Shown here piece by piece: positions 26,967 to 38,800 of a stretch of 64,000 bases of DNA. Both the position numbers and the translations under genes were made by a program. The notes under the pieces were generated by a model, which made no database searches, was not told the origin of the DNA, and saw only the letters and a list, made by a program, of their open reading frames with translations. The DNA lies in NCBI GenBank assembly GCA_040357565.1, contig JBDODJ010000019.1, one strand, 5' to 3'. The DNA is from Cercozoa sp. M6MM. Its lineage: Eukaryota; Protista; Endomyxa: Ascetosporea. How positions within the stretch are numbered: the first letter of the stretch is position 1; each line of letters begins with the position of its first letter.

Positions 26967-28073
26967 TCAGTTGATGCAGGATGGCCGGGTGAACTGTGCG
27001 GGGTTTCGCACAGTGGCGTCTTGCGGGTTGTGCAATCGCAGACGCTCCTGAATCGGAGTGCGGCACGTGGGACACTGCTCCATCGTGGCGGCACACTCGA
27101 TGCAGGTGCACGCGTGGCCTGAAGAACACAGAAACACCAGGAAATCAGTTCAGCCCAGTCAAAACAAAAAACAAAACTGGACAAAGTCAACACGCACCAC
27201 AAGGCAACAGAGCGCAGTTTTGCGGCAGATCCCAGCACACAACACACTCAGTGTCGGCGTCGTCATAGTTAGCGAGTTTCCTGCGTGCCTGAGTCAGGCA
27301 AAAAAACAGCGTTTCTTGGCGCAGAAGAAAAAAACGGGTTACCTCGCGAGTGCACTGCTGTTGCTCATGCAGTTGCTGTCGCAAACATCGGAGCACTGCT
27401 TGTCTCAGGTGCGATCGAAGAAGTGCCCAGCCGTGCTTCTGGTCAGTGGAGTCAGTGGCAGGCGACAGTGGAGGCACTTGCCCATGCTCACTCGTGCTGG
27501 GCGACATCGACTCACTGCAGGGACATTGATTGGAAGAACGGAACAATAATTTCATTGGAGAGGCTACGGTGACAAAGGCGTCACAGGATCGCACGTGTTG
27601 ACGGTCCAATGGCACGTGTCACTGGACTCGGCGACATCAGTGACACCGACAGAGCCACCGTCGGTGACACTCAGCACGCGCTTGAGTGCTGCGTTGCGCA
27701 GCACAATCACAGAACTCTCCGTGTCGCCGTGATTGCGCACACTCACCTGCCACGTCAAGAATCGACTCGAAAAAGGATCCACCACTGTTTTTCGCACGGC
27801 CAGCGAACCGTCTGCCTCGGCACCGAGGTAACTGCACTCACAAACAACGCCACCTCAGAGATCATATCTTTCTCTCTTGGGCACACACGCATACCGACTC
27901 TTGCTGACACTGAGAGCGACCTGGTTTTCGTCTTTCGTGTGCACCTGGAAAACACTAACACCGCTCGGCGTCGACAGCTTCACACCTTTGCAGGTCTGCA
28001 CAAGAAGTTGATACAACTCATCAAAGTCATTTCGACCACCAAAACAACGGCACCAGATTGGCGCTGCATCCAT
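26967..28073 (-). CDS. C-terminal C3HC4 RING-finger protein (putative E3 ligase)
   Basis: Spliced ECVVCWDLPQNCALLPC|GHACTCIECAATMEQCPTCRTPI. Confidence 0.85.
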
Positions 28074-28381
28074 CTTCAAGGCTCAGCACGCTCATAATTC
28101 AAAATTAAGTGCGGTTTAAACCCGCAAGAACAATCTGGGTGTCGAGATCTGCTACAGTAACGACCAGCGGACGTTTTTGGACCAAGCTGTCCGCGCGGAG
28201 CGCCGGAATCAGCAAATACAACAAATCAACAACCTAACACACAACAATTGTTTCTTCACTTGTTTTCTGACATGTGCGAGTGACAGATCGTCACAATATC
28301 ATGCAGTCGCGGTAATGCCTTTTGCAAATTTTCTGGGCACAAGCCTTTTTTCGCACAAGCCCGCCGGGCCTTTTTGGCATC

Positions 28382-28450
28382 CAGTGATGACAACCTTTCA
28401 GTTCTGCTTCTGAAGAAGAATGAGCGATAAACTTACCTACATTCTGAGGG
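28382..28450 (+). ncRNA. Box C/D snoRNA with two LSU rRNA guides
   Basis: Box C GTGATGA, D' CTGA and D CTGA. Guides cagttctgct and cttacctacatt complement conserved LSU rRNA AGCAGAACUG and AAUGUAGGUAAG (rRNA sequence from memory). Confidence 0.85.
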
Positions 28451-28591
28451 CATTTTGCTTGGACGAACGCTTTTGCGTTTGTGCTTGTTTTTTCTCATGT
28501 CGCTTCATGGGCAGGTGTGAGAGTGCCGTTGGACGGACAAGCTGAAGTCAGCCAAAAGGTATCTCATCCCACAGATGTCTAGTCCTTTTGC

Positions 28592-28675
28592 GTGCGATGA
28601 AGACAAGACAATACACAGACCTGTTCTGAAATACCAACTTTCGTGTTGAATGTATTTGCACCATCATCAGAGCAC
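28592..28675 (+). ncRNA. Box C/D snoRNA with SSU rRNA guides
   Basis: Variant box C GCGATGA; guide cacagacctgtt+CTGA complements SSU AACAGGUCUGUG; second guide tgcaccatcat (with G-U pairs) complements GUGGUGGUGCA; terminal gtgc/gcac stem. Confidence 0.75.
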
Positions 28676-28860
28676 TTCCTTTTTGTGCATCTGATTGATG
28701 TGTTGCTGCATACGTACGCAATTATATCTTCTGTTCTGTTCTCAGGCCGACTAGCGGATCCGGGCATCCCAGACAGCCAGTCGATTTGCGAGGTAAATAT
28801 ACATAAACTTCAGCTCAGACCTTTTCCCTCGCCTCTGTGGTTTGAGGGCCCTTTTTGTGG

Positions 28861-28929
28861 ATGATGAAAAACTGTACACCTCTTCCGAACATTCCAAACA
28901 GTTGAAGACACTCATCTTCTTTCCCCTGA
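28861..28929 (+). ncRNA. Box C/D snoRNA, copy 1
   Basis: ATGATGA...CCGA...CTGA. Guide tcttctttccc complements LSU GGGAAAGAAGA; acacctct complements AGAGGUGU. Confidence 0.8.
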
Positions 28930-29097
28930 CACAATTTGGCTTTTTGGGGCGTGGAATTTCTCAAAAAAACTCCAATTATTCTGTTGCTCTCATAGCCGTG
29001 GTCAAAGTCAAGCAGACGTGGACGAGCCTTCCTCGTCGCCAAAGTGGTTAGTCTGCTTTCTTTTGGGCTTTCGCGTGCATGCTTTTTGGAATTTTGA

Positions 29098-29166
29098 ATG
29101 ATGAAAAACTGTACACCTCTTCCGAACATTCCAAACAATTGAAGACACTCATCTTCTTTCCCCTGA
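29098..29166 (+). ncRNA. Box C/D snoRNA, copy 2 (near-identical to 28861-28929)
   Basis: Identity runs essentially from box C to box D with one substitution. Confidence 0.8.
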
Positions 29167-29338
29167 CAGTTTCCAAACAAATTGCACATGACTAATTGTT
29201 TCGTCCGTCAAGACTAACTTGCCTGTTTGTGCAGAAAGCCAACTTTAAACGGCAGCCGGGCATCGACACAAATGATCAGGGTAACAATACTTTTAAACAC
29301 TCCATCTGTATGATGAGCCGAAAGCGAAAGATTCCTGT

Positions 29339-29412
29339 ATGATGAGCCGCCCCGTGGGATTCCAAACCCCACAATGGGGCGGCATTCATTTCCCCGTCTC
29401 ATGTGTTTCTGA
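29339..29412 (+). ncRNA. Possible orphan box C/D RNA with internal GC hairpin
   Basis: ATGATGA, gccgcccc...ggggcggc stem, terminal CTGA. No rRNA target recognised. Confidence 0.4.
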
Positions 29413-29933
29413 GGATGTGTAATGTGTTTTCTGACTTGGAATTTCCCTTCTGCTGACGCACAGCATTCTTTGTTTGCTGCGCACAAGCCAAACTATATTC
29501 TGTGTTTCCTGCACAGTCTCCGGAATCCCATCATCAAAACCGTCGCGCCTCGCTTCGCTTTCGGTCAATTGCGAAAACGGACTCCGATCGCCAAGCGCGT
29601 CAACCCTGACGCTACACAACACACAAACACGTGGCCTTTGCCACGCTCATCACACCTGTGCTATCTGGGGCATAATAGCATGCTTTCAACACTTGTTAGT
29701 CTACATTTGCCGCTGTCTTTCAGAAATTGGCCTTGGTAGTGTAAAAGAGAGTAAAAGAAAGGCTCTGTGCTGGAGTAGAGAGCCTTTTCAGGAAAGGAGC
29801 AAAATCTTGCTCTTCGAGGTCAGGCAGACATTCTCAAAATCCTTAATGAATATCTTTCTCCCGCGCGGAGCACCAGAACTCAGACAGATCTGACTGGCCG
29901 GATGGAAAATACCGTTTCGTAACCCTACTAAAT

Positions 29934-31897
29934 TTACATTTCACTCAGGGATCCGTTCTCCTGATCCGCCGATTCAGACGCCGGTGTCGGCTGCTCTGGC
30001 CTCTGTTCGATCCGAACGAGCAAGGACTCGAGCGGCGCGCTGCCGGCCGGCATAACGCGAAACGAATCCGTTCGAACGCCAAGATCGAGGTGTTTCGGCA
30101 AGACCTGTTCGCTGTCGAATACGACGTGCAGCAGACTGGACACAGCGCTCGAGACGAGCTCACCGAGGAAACGGCTGCCCATGAGTTCACCGGCGGCCGC
30201 GGCAAAAAGGCCATTGTCCCGGCTGACGCCCTAGAGAAAAAACAAGAATTAAAAAAAAGGAGCTAAAGAAAAATGGCCTAGTACCACAAAGGAATGAATG
30301 AGATCGCTGACTTCGACAGGAACCACACCTTCACCATAGACATCATCGCACACACGCAGCAGCACTGTGCAAGTGTCCTGTTCGACACGCGTCGTCACTC
30401 GTCGCACGAGCTGCAACAGCATGTCTTGTACCAATGCATGCTCGGCCACGTCACGAGCGCCACCGCGTGCCCACATGTTGAACGTCGTTTTCACCTCAGT
30501 GATACCTACAGTCGACATACAAAGGATGGCATACAAATGATGGAACACACAGGTAACAGTGTCGATGAAAATCACTGGCGTACCAGAGAGAACAAACACC
30601 CACATCAGTGCGTGCAATTCCTGTATCGGTTTCGAGGTCACGACGGCAAGCTGATCCCGCTTAAGTAAGCCGGGCAGCAGGAGCCTCTGCAGACACGACA
30701 GGTCCAGTTGGGCGCTCCGCTGTGACAAGACCGGCGGTATCGCACCGAGCACTTGCGCCAGGTCATGAAGCGAGTAACGCAATCGATCCGAGTAGCGGAA
30801 GTTGCACCGTGACGAATCGTCGAGGATCCACAGTCTAACAGGCGTCAACTTCACGACACCTGCGCGACCAAAACATAATCTAGAGTAACACCAACACACA
30901 AGAAAATAAACTGGATCCTTGAGTGAACAGCATTATACGCGACACGAGTCGAAGCACGCGCAGCGCACGATCGACGTCAGCTTGCGAGGCATCGGCACAC
31001 TGCGACATGATGGCTTTCGACAATTCTGGGAGCGAACTCAACAAGGCGTTAGATCTTCCCTTGCCTTCTTCTGCGCATACCACCTAATACCAATGTACTG
31101 TGTGTCTCTCCAAAATGTGCAATTCTGCTCTACCAAGAAAGGGCAGTAAATGCGCCCAATCGGACAGCGGTTGCGATCGCACACTTAAGAGGACTCGCTG
31201 GATGTTGATGGTGTCTTCCGTGTACCTCCTCATCACCGCGGCCAGTGAACCTCCGAGAGATAGACGGTGCGCGCACTGGCGACTCACAAAGTAGTCAAAG
31301 TCAAAGTACTCCACCACCTCGTGCCCCACCAACAGGCCTGCATGCTCGGCCATTATCACAGACACATTTACCGTTTCAGTGTCCACGAAAAGACATACTC
31401 ACGTGCGAAAGGAGCTGTGTTGCGACCGGCCAGGGAGTCATCGCGCGCACAGATTGCCTCCAGCAGGCTCGAGTAGTACATGCGTCTGTCCTGACCGAGA
31501 AGGACTGCCCGCATGTCGTTGAACAAGTCTGCCTTGACACCACAGGAACATGAACGGAGAAATCAAAGAACAAAAGTATAAAAAAAAACCAGCTACCGCA
31601 ATAATCTGGTGTCTCCACGCTGAGTGACGGTGTCACAAGCACACACGGCAGCCACTCTTGCACTGGTGCGATGCCACCTCTCCGTCGCACCATGTCGATG
31701 GCACACATCACACGCTTGCGCACAAAAGCCGCCAGTTTGTTCCACACACCACCAACGAACTTTATCGTCGCACAGTCAGTCTCACCCGATAACGCAAACA
31801 TACAGGACAAGGTGACTTTTCAATGAACTCCCAACACGTGCTCGATTTCTGTAAACAACTGCACGAATCAGAGAGAGAGAGAGAGAAAGGGAGATAA

Positions 31898-31949
<52 letters not shown>

Positions 31950-32071
31950 NNNNNNNNNNNNNNNNNNNNNNNNNNNNNNNNNNNNNNNNNNNNNNNNNNN
32001 NNNNNNNNNNNNNNNNNNNNNNNNNNNNNNNNNNNNNNNNNNNNNNNNNNNNNNNNNNNNNNNNNNNNNNN

Positions 32072-32160
<89 letters not shown>

Positions 32161-32170
32161 NNNNNNNNNN

Positions 32171-32222
<52 letters not shown>

Positions 32223-32274
32223 GCACCAAGTTCGGTGACAGTGTGAACTCAAAGTGCATGTCAAATTCCTCCAA
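29934..32274 (-). CDS. Uncharacterised multi-exon Leu-rich helical protein
   Basis: Series of open minus-strand exons bounded by GT-AG. The first intron holds a gapped (CA)n tract. Family not recognised. Confidence 0.5.
31898..32223. repeat. (GT)n microsatellite with two assembly gaps
   Basis: Seen directly. Confidence 0.95.
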
Positions 32275-33091
32275 CCAGTCACAAAATCCGGTTCACAAGC
32301 ATCTGAACGAAAACTAAATTGTATACTTTACCAGGACATGATTTTGAGGATTAAACAACAGTTATACCGGACAAAGGGTCATAAAGTTGAGCCTCGCACC
32401 ACAAGAGGTACATTAACGCGTTAGAGATGGCATGCTTCAACTGTTCACACCCAATAGGTATAAATGACGACAGAACGAAAAGCCTATATTGATACCTATT
32501 GGGTGAAGTTGCCGCTTGTCGAAGTGCGCGCAAAGCGAAGCTCTAACCCAAGCACAACAGGAGACAGCTTGAGAAAGGGGTAAGATCAATCGCTGATAGT
32601 ACTGTAGAGCATGGGTACTGTGATGTCCTTGGAGTGCTCAGTCGATGTCTGCACTTCCAACATGCGATCCGGGCCCTTTTACTGCATAACAGCAAAAGGC
32701 ATCGGGATTCAGTCTATTGAGGGGCGCTCAAGTGGAAGAAGTGAAGGAATTGGGCGCACCAAAAGCTTCTGTTAGCACCGAAATGCATGTTTCGACGCCA
32801 GGATTTTTCGTGCCCATCTCGCCTCCAATTGTTGTGCACCAAAAAAGGCAACAGAACAATTGTGCAACGCGGTCAATTCTAGTGCGAGTTGGTAGTTTGT
32901 GGTCAGAAGTCTACGGATACAGTACTGGAGCACAGATACAGGAGGATAAAGAGCAATCGTAGTTCGGTTGAACTGATCATTGATGGGATGATGACTGTGC
33001 TGTAGCCAGCAGCCATTACTTTTGTCTTTTCTCCTTCTGGGCTTGAGTTTTAACTTGCGGAAGGTTGACGCGGCAGAAGTTTGAGTCTAGC

Positions 33092-34108
33092 ATGCCCGAC
33101 CCTTTCTTGGTACACTCTTCTGGTTTTGTCTGATGATCCGGGATGCTGTTGTTGTGTCGTCGCCAGGGAGAGATCCGGATGTTCGCCGGCACCTTTGCGC
33201 CAAGAGGCTACGCGTTTTGCCATGGACAGCTTCTGGCCATTTCCGAAAACACGGTCTGCGCAGAGTCTTAAAAATAAACTTTGTCTGTCTCAGAGATGTA
33301 GATGTTAAGGTTTGTTCGGTTGTGCAGGCGCTTTTCAGTCTGCTCGGAGCAGCGTACGGAGGAGACGGTCGCACCACGTTTGCTCTCCCGGACCTGCGCT
33401 CCCGTGTTCCTGTTGGCGCAGGGAAAGGACTCGGACTTACTGGTATACTTCCTCTCAATTGTCGAGTGGTGTATGTACAACTATGGAGAGTCATCAATGC
33501 GTGTTGCCTTTGAACAGAGGTAACCCTCGGAGCCAAGTACGGTGTCGAAAAGTCGATCGCGCAAGTGCAGCTCACTTCAAGTCAAACCCTGGAATTCGAC
33601 GTGTCAGCTACTGCGCCGCCCTCCCTGCCGCAGGTCGATGTCGCCACCTCGAGTTCCAACCCGCAAAGTATGTTCTCGTTTTGTCACCTTTTCTAGCGCT
33701 GTGTGATTTACCTGGTGCATTGGGGAAGCAGGCAGCTTCGCACCCGGTCGCATTCCTCTCCAACCTGAACTACGTTTCACCGACCCGTACACTTGACATT
33801 CAGTTTTTTGCATTGCTTGATTCTTTTTTGCTGCCATCCGACAGTGCTGATGCGGGGGGTACCGAAAAGATGGATATCAACGCGTTCCTTGGTGCCAATC
33901 TGGCAACCACCGGCAGCACCGAGACAGTGCAGGTACGTTCTTCTGTCCTCTGTACCCAAATTAGGTCATCTTGGTTCTTAATTTACTACATTTTTAGGTG
34001 CCGCTAACAGTGTCGGCACAGAGTGATGTCTCCGTCGACACACACCAGCCCTCTCTCGGCATCTCGTACATCATTGCGCTCCAGGGCGTTTTCCCTTCGC
34101 GTAGCTAA
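33092..34108 (+). CDS. Phage tail-collar domain protein (bacterial 'microcystin-dependent protein' type), 7 exons
   Basis: Spliced MPDPFL|GEIRMFAGTFAPRGYAFCHGQLLAISENT|ALFSLLGAAYGGDGRTTFALPDLRSRVPVGAGKGLGLT|EVTLGAKYGVE...|...HQPSLGISYIIALQGVFPSRS*. All 6 introns are GT-AG and preserve frame. Confidence 0.93.
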
Positions 34109-34792
34109 CCGGTGTCACCATTTGCCCATTGCCTGCCTGTCGAGCCTGAACTCTGTGCAGTTCAAACTAAACGAAAGAGAGTTAGTTTAGTCGAGTCTTG
34201 TATGCTTGTTACTGTCAACATCAAACAACCTACTCGGCTGACTACATGCTCCGCGTGGAAGCTAAATTCACCAGTCATGCCAAATAAGAATTGAAGTGTT
34301 TTGCTAAGGTCGAGAGCTGGTAGCCTAACAATTGAGTGCTGCCTAGCTTGGCATACCCTGTGTTTGGTAGAGTGGCGAGCAGCTTGAAACTGCTGCAAGA
34401 ATTGAATAAAGGCCCTCTTTCCAATACCAGGTACCTCAAGGGATACTGTGCTTGTTGACACCAAGCAATTGACTTGCTCTAGCTTGAGCAGGGCAAGAGG
34501 GTTTTTTTCTTTTGTTCATCATCGAACAAACCTCTCAACACTCTCAACTGTAACGACGGCACTACCTGGGGTAACCTTCTCTCTTCTGATATCTTTCGGT
34601 TTATTGAGACGTCGAACGAACACTAAATTAAACGACCTTACATTCTTACTTCTCTTTAGTCGTTGTATTCACTAAAATTGACAATCTCACAATCAACATG
34701 TTACTGTCAACATCAAACAACCTACTCGGCTGATTACGTAACAGGAACTATTAACGCAACGAAATGAAACAAAAAGAATGGAATCCGATCGA

Positions 34793-35677
34793 CTAGGGCA
34801 TGAGCAAATCGTAGTCGTCGAGCTTGTCGTGGTATTTGCGGATATGTCTCTGGATCTTGGAACCATCGACCCAGGTGACGTAGTCCTCAAGGTCGCGTGT
34901 CACCAAAAACGCCGGGTCTGACACGACCTCGGTGCCGACTCGAACGTGGCCTAACACACCCAAGAATACCAAGAAATATTATGTATGAACAAAGACAAGG
35001 CACCTTGCTGAATGTACGTGGTGGCCTGCTTGATAGACTCGGCCATGTGCAATCGCACCAGCACCACCGGTAAGCGTCGTCGGCACACGGCGGCCACCGT
35101 GAGCTTGTCGATCTGCGACAGCGAAGTCGTCGCATTGATCAGACCCATGCGGTGCAGCTTTTCCAGCAACTGCTTTGTCGTACGCATTCGGAAGGGATCG
35201 CGCGGGTGCAGTTTCGTCAGCATCGCTACGGGTGCAGTAAAGTGCCAGGAATACACAAGGATTTTTTATAGCCTCAATATCGACCCAACTTTAACTTGAT
35301 AACAAAAGCGAAAACGAAGAGAAACGATAAGAAAGCAGCAGGAATCTAGTGAAAGTACCGGAAAGCTTGCGAACACGACCGACGATACGGTTGTAACGCA
35401 CGTATTCCTCGCGCTGGTCTATGCGGTAGCGTCGCATCACTGCGCTTTGCCGCTCGTCGTCGGACGACTTCCATCGCACAAAGTCGACCTTCTGCTCACG
35501 AACAGGAAAAACATACAACAGAACAGTCAAAGACAAATAACGCAGCATACCTTGAGCAGCTTCTTCTCATGGAATTTCAGTTTCCTGCACAGAAAAAAGT
35601 GATTTTATTGTGGTCCAGATCGAACACAGCGCGAATCTCGATAATCGCCCTCAGAGGCGAGCGCAGTAGTACCTCAT
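34793..35677 (-). CDS. IMP3: U3 snoRNP protein Imp3
   Basis: MR|[11 protein letters not shown]|[54 protein letters not shown]. Confidence 0.96.
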
Positions 35678-35858
35678 TGTAATTCCGCACTACTCGCGAC
35701 ACAAGCACGGTCTCTCAGCGAGAAGACAGCGATTTTCTGTGTAGTGTCGGCGCTCAGAAGTTTACGCCACTATCGACTAACTTGAGTGTGTGCAAGCGTG
35801 ACCTGGCTAGTTTGTTTTTAAAGCAAACGCATTTGGCACAGCCGCCACTGTAGCTGGA

Positions 35859-38800
35859 ATGCTGCACCCGAGCTTTTTGCTTGCGCTGGATGGTATTTTT
35901 GTTTTTTTGTTATACGCTCGTAAGTTGTTACTGTTTTGTTTGCAGACCTGAGGAATGCGAGCTTTCAAACGCGTGATGAGCATGAACAAAAGCGGCTGCT
36001 GGATGACACATCAAACGCACTGCGTTTGTGCTCGTTGACCGACGTGAGCGTGTTTCGCTTCACTTTCGATCTTGTCGTGAGATTGGGCTTGGCAACAGCA
36101 ACAAATTCGGTATCTTTGATTCCGAGGATTTCCATTTTGAGAGTCCATTTTGAAAGCACGTTGAGAGTTCCATTTTGAAAGCACGCTCTTTGTTGCAGGA
36201 AGGAGAAAGACGCTTCGTGAGGACGGAGCCGGTTCGAGTGGCAACGATCCGGCTGCTGCAGGCTTTGTTTGATGCTGCGCAACGTGGTTCGCTTCTCGTC
36301 CAGACATCAAGGCAACTGCAGCGACCGCCCGAAGTGATCGGCGAGTTTCACGATGTTTTGAAGCAACTTGGCGCACCAAAGTTCCGTGCTTCGCTGGGAC
36401 ACATGATTTTCTTGCTGTTGCGCATCGCTTGTCGCGAAACTGATGATGGTACTCTCTGTCTCAAAGTTTCGCAACGCAAGCGTATACTCCTGACGAAAAT
36501 CACAGTGAAAGCTGATGCGAAATCGACTCAAGTGGCCGCTTTGCGATGTTTGCGCACGACCTTTGAATCGTTGCAGTTCGTGAGCAGCATTGCTTCCGAG
36601 GTCGCCGATGTCGTTGCGCACTGTACTTTGACTCGAATTAAAGTGCCTTCTTGAGAGGTCCGATTTGCTCGACACAGTTCTTCCTGGCGTGGTTGCACAC
36701 ACTGCAACGATTGCTTCGAAGCGAGATTTGCAATCGTAGCTGATCCCTTTCCAAGCATGGAGCTTTCACATCGTGTGCCTGTGCAGAGGAAGTGCTGTGT
36801 TCGCGGCTGCAGTGTCCTTGTTCGCCCAAGTTACGGTTATGTGCTTTAACGACACCGTGTTGAAGCACGAAGCGCAAGAGAGTGTCGACAACGCTGATGC
36901 TGCGACGAAGCTGCAAAACCTACTTCAGAAACATGAAGCTCAAAGCGAAATCGATAGCGAAATCGATAGCGAAATTGAAAGCAAGCAATCGAAGCAAGTT
37001 TCCGAACACCAAGTTCGCACGGAGCACTGGCAGGCTGAAGCACGAAAGCACGTCGCCAACCTCATTTCGACAGGTGTTTTTGCTCCGGCAACGGTTTCGT
37101 TCGCACGTCGCTCTTCTCGCTTCTGTCTTGCGTTGATCGAAGCTGCGCACCGCTTGCTCACCAAGTGCCGCGACTTCTTTGCCGAAACGAGCGAGGCGAT
37201 GGTGTGTACGCGCACCCGACTCTTGCAGACGGTTCTCACGATGACGCAGCACGAGCTTCCGCAGGTTTCGCAATCAGCCGCTGCAGTTTCGGCGAGTCTG
37301 CGTGCGATGGTCGAAGTCGACAGCGGCTTTCACTCGACGCTCATCGAGCTGCTGCGAAAGCAACTCACTCGTTTGCCGGAACTCCTCGTGGAAGCTGACT
37401 CAACTCGAAAGGTTGCGACGCTCCGTCGTGCGCGTACTCTCTTGGTGCTTTTTCTTTGGACTGTTGGTTTTCGTTTATGTCCCGGGGTGCTTTACAGTGC
37501 TTTCTGGCCGAGTTCAAGAACGAAATGCTCGAGGCGATGCTCTTGTGCGACGAGGTGCTTCTAGCTTTGACAGAGATTGCGCGTGTGAGCAAGCAGCCGG
37601 GTCAAGTGCTCGAGTCGGTAGCTTTGCGCGAAGCTTCGGTCGGAAGCGCGACTGTCCAAAGCAGCGACATTGTCGTGAGTGGCGGCGAAACGAAAGAGCG
37701 CGTGGTCGAGTTCTTCTTGGTGCCACTCGTCGTGTGCGATGACAGTTCCTCGCGCTTCGAGTTGTGCGCTTTGCTCCACAATTTCGGCGTCGCTTTTGAG
37801 TCGAGTGCTTTGAGCGAAAGCGACGAAGCGAATCGAGTGGCGACGTGTGTCATCGGACTCGCAGTGAACGAGATTTGCGATGCGTCGTCGCAGCTCACTT
37901 CGAGCGAGAGTGAAACAACACTCGAGCAGCGTTTGTGTGCGATGCTTTTCGTCGCTTCGAAACTGTGCGTCGCGAGTCGGCAGCACGAGTCGGCTGAAGA
38001 AGCGATGCGCGAGGTTTTGCTGGGTGTGTTGCCAACTCTGCGAAAGCTTCGGTCGGAACAAGGCGTCGCTTTGGCACTTCGACTGCTGGCTTCGCTCGCT
38101 GCGGGTGCGCCGCGACGTCGCTTGTTTCGCTTCGTGCGCGTGCTTTCTCTCTCTCTTGTTCTGTTTTCTTTCCAAAGTAAGTGTGACTATGTGGAACAGT
38201 TGAATTTGTTCGAAATGCTCATCTTTGTTGGTTCGCCTGTTCGGCACGTCGCTTTGGCAGCGGTCTCGTCACTCACGCTGCTGGCGTACTGTGTTTGATT
38301 GTTCCGATTGTTTTTGTCTTTTCCGACGCAGTGTGTGCAGTTGGCACTGCCAAGTGGCCTCACTGCCGGCACTGGTGGCACAGTGCGCCGATGTGCTGGT
38401 CGATGACGTCGAACGACAGCTGCGACGCGGAATTCAGCAGCAGCAGGACACTCGAGCTGATACACATGCCTGTGCACGCATGTTGGATGCCATTCTCGTT
38501 CTAATTAAGGGTGCACTTTCACTTCCCTCTCTATTGTGAAGCATATGAAAGTACACGACTGTTCCGCAGACCAAGAAGAGAGTCGACTGGTGCAGTCGAT
38601 GCTGCCGGCGATGCGTGTGTTGCTGCAGACGCTTGATCTCGCTCTGTCGCCACGCGCACAGCGACAGCTCCTGGCAGACACGGTTGTTCTCGTTGCACAG
38701 GCCACGCGACGTTATGGCTTTGGGTACGTGCTCTTCTCTCCTTATATCATGTGGTATGTGTTATCTCTATCTGCCCATGCGCAGCGCCGAGTTGGAAACC

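Noticed and set aside
29305-29335. Hammerhead-like TGATGA-GC-CGAAA-GC-GAAA
   Set aside because: Core reads AUGAUGA rather than CUGAUGA, and no stem I/III or NUH site can be formed; better explained as a box C-type motif.
953-32317. ORF-track entries with poly-HT, CV or IY runs and long antisense ORFs
   Set aside because: Translations of microsatellites or shadows of GC-rich exons on the opposite strand.
32700-32720. RNase P CR-V-like ATTCAGTCTA
   Set aside because: No matching CR-I strand upstream to form P4.
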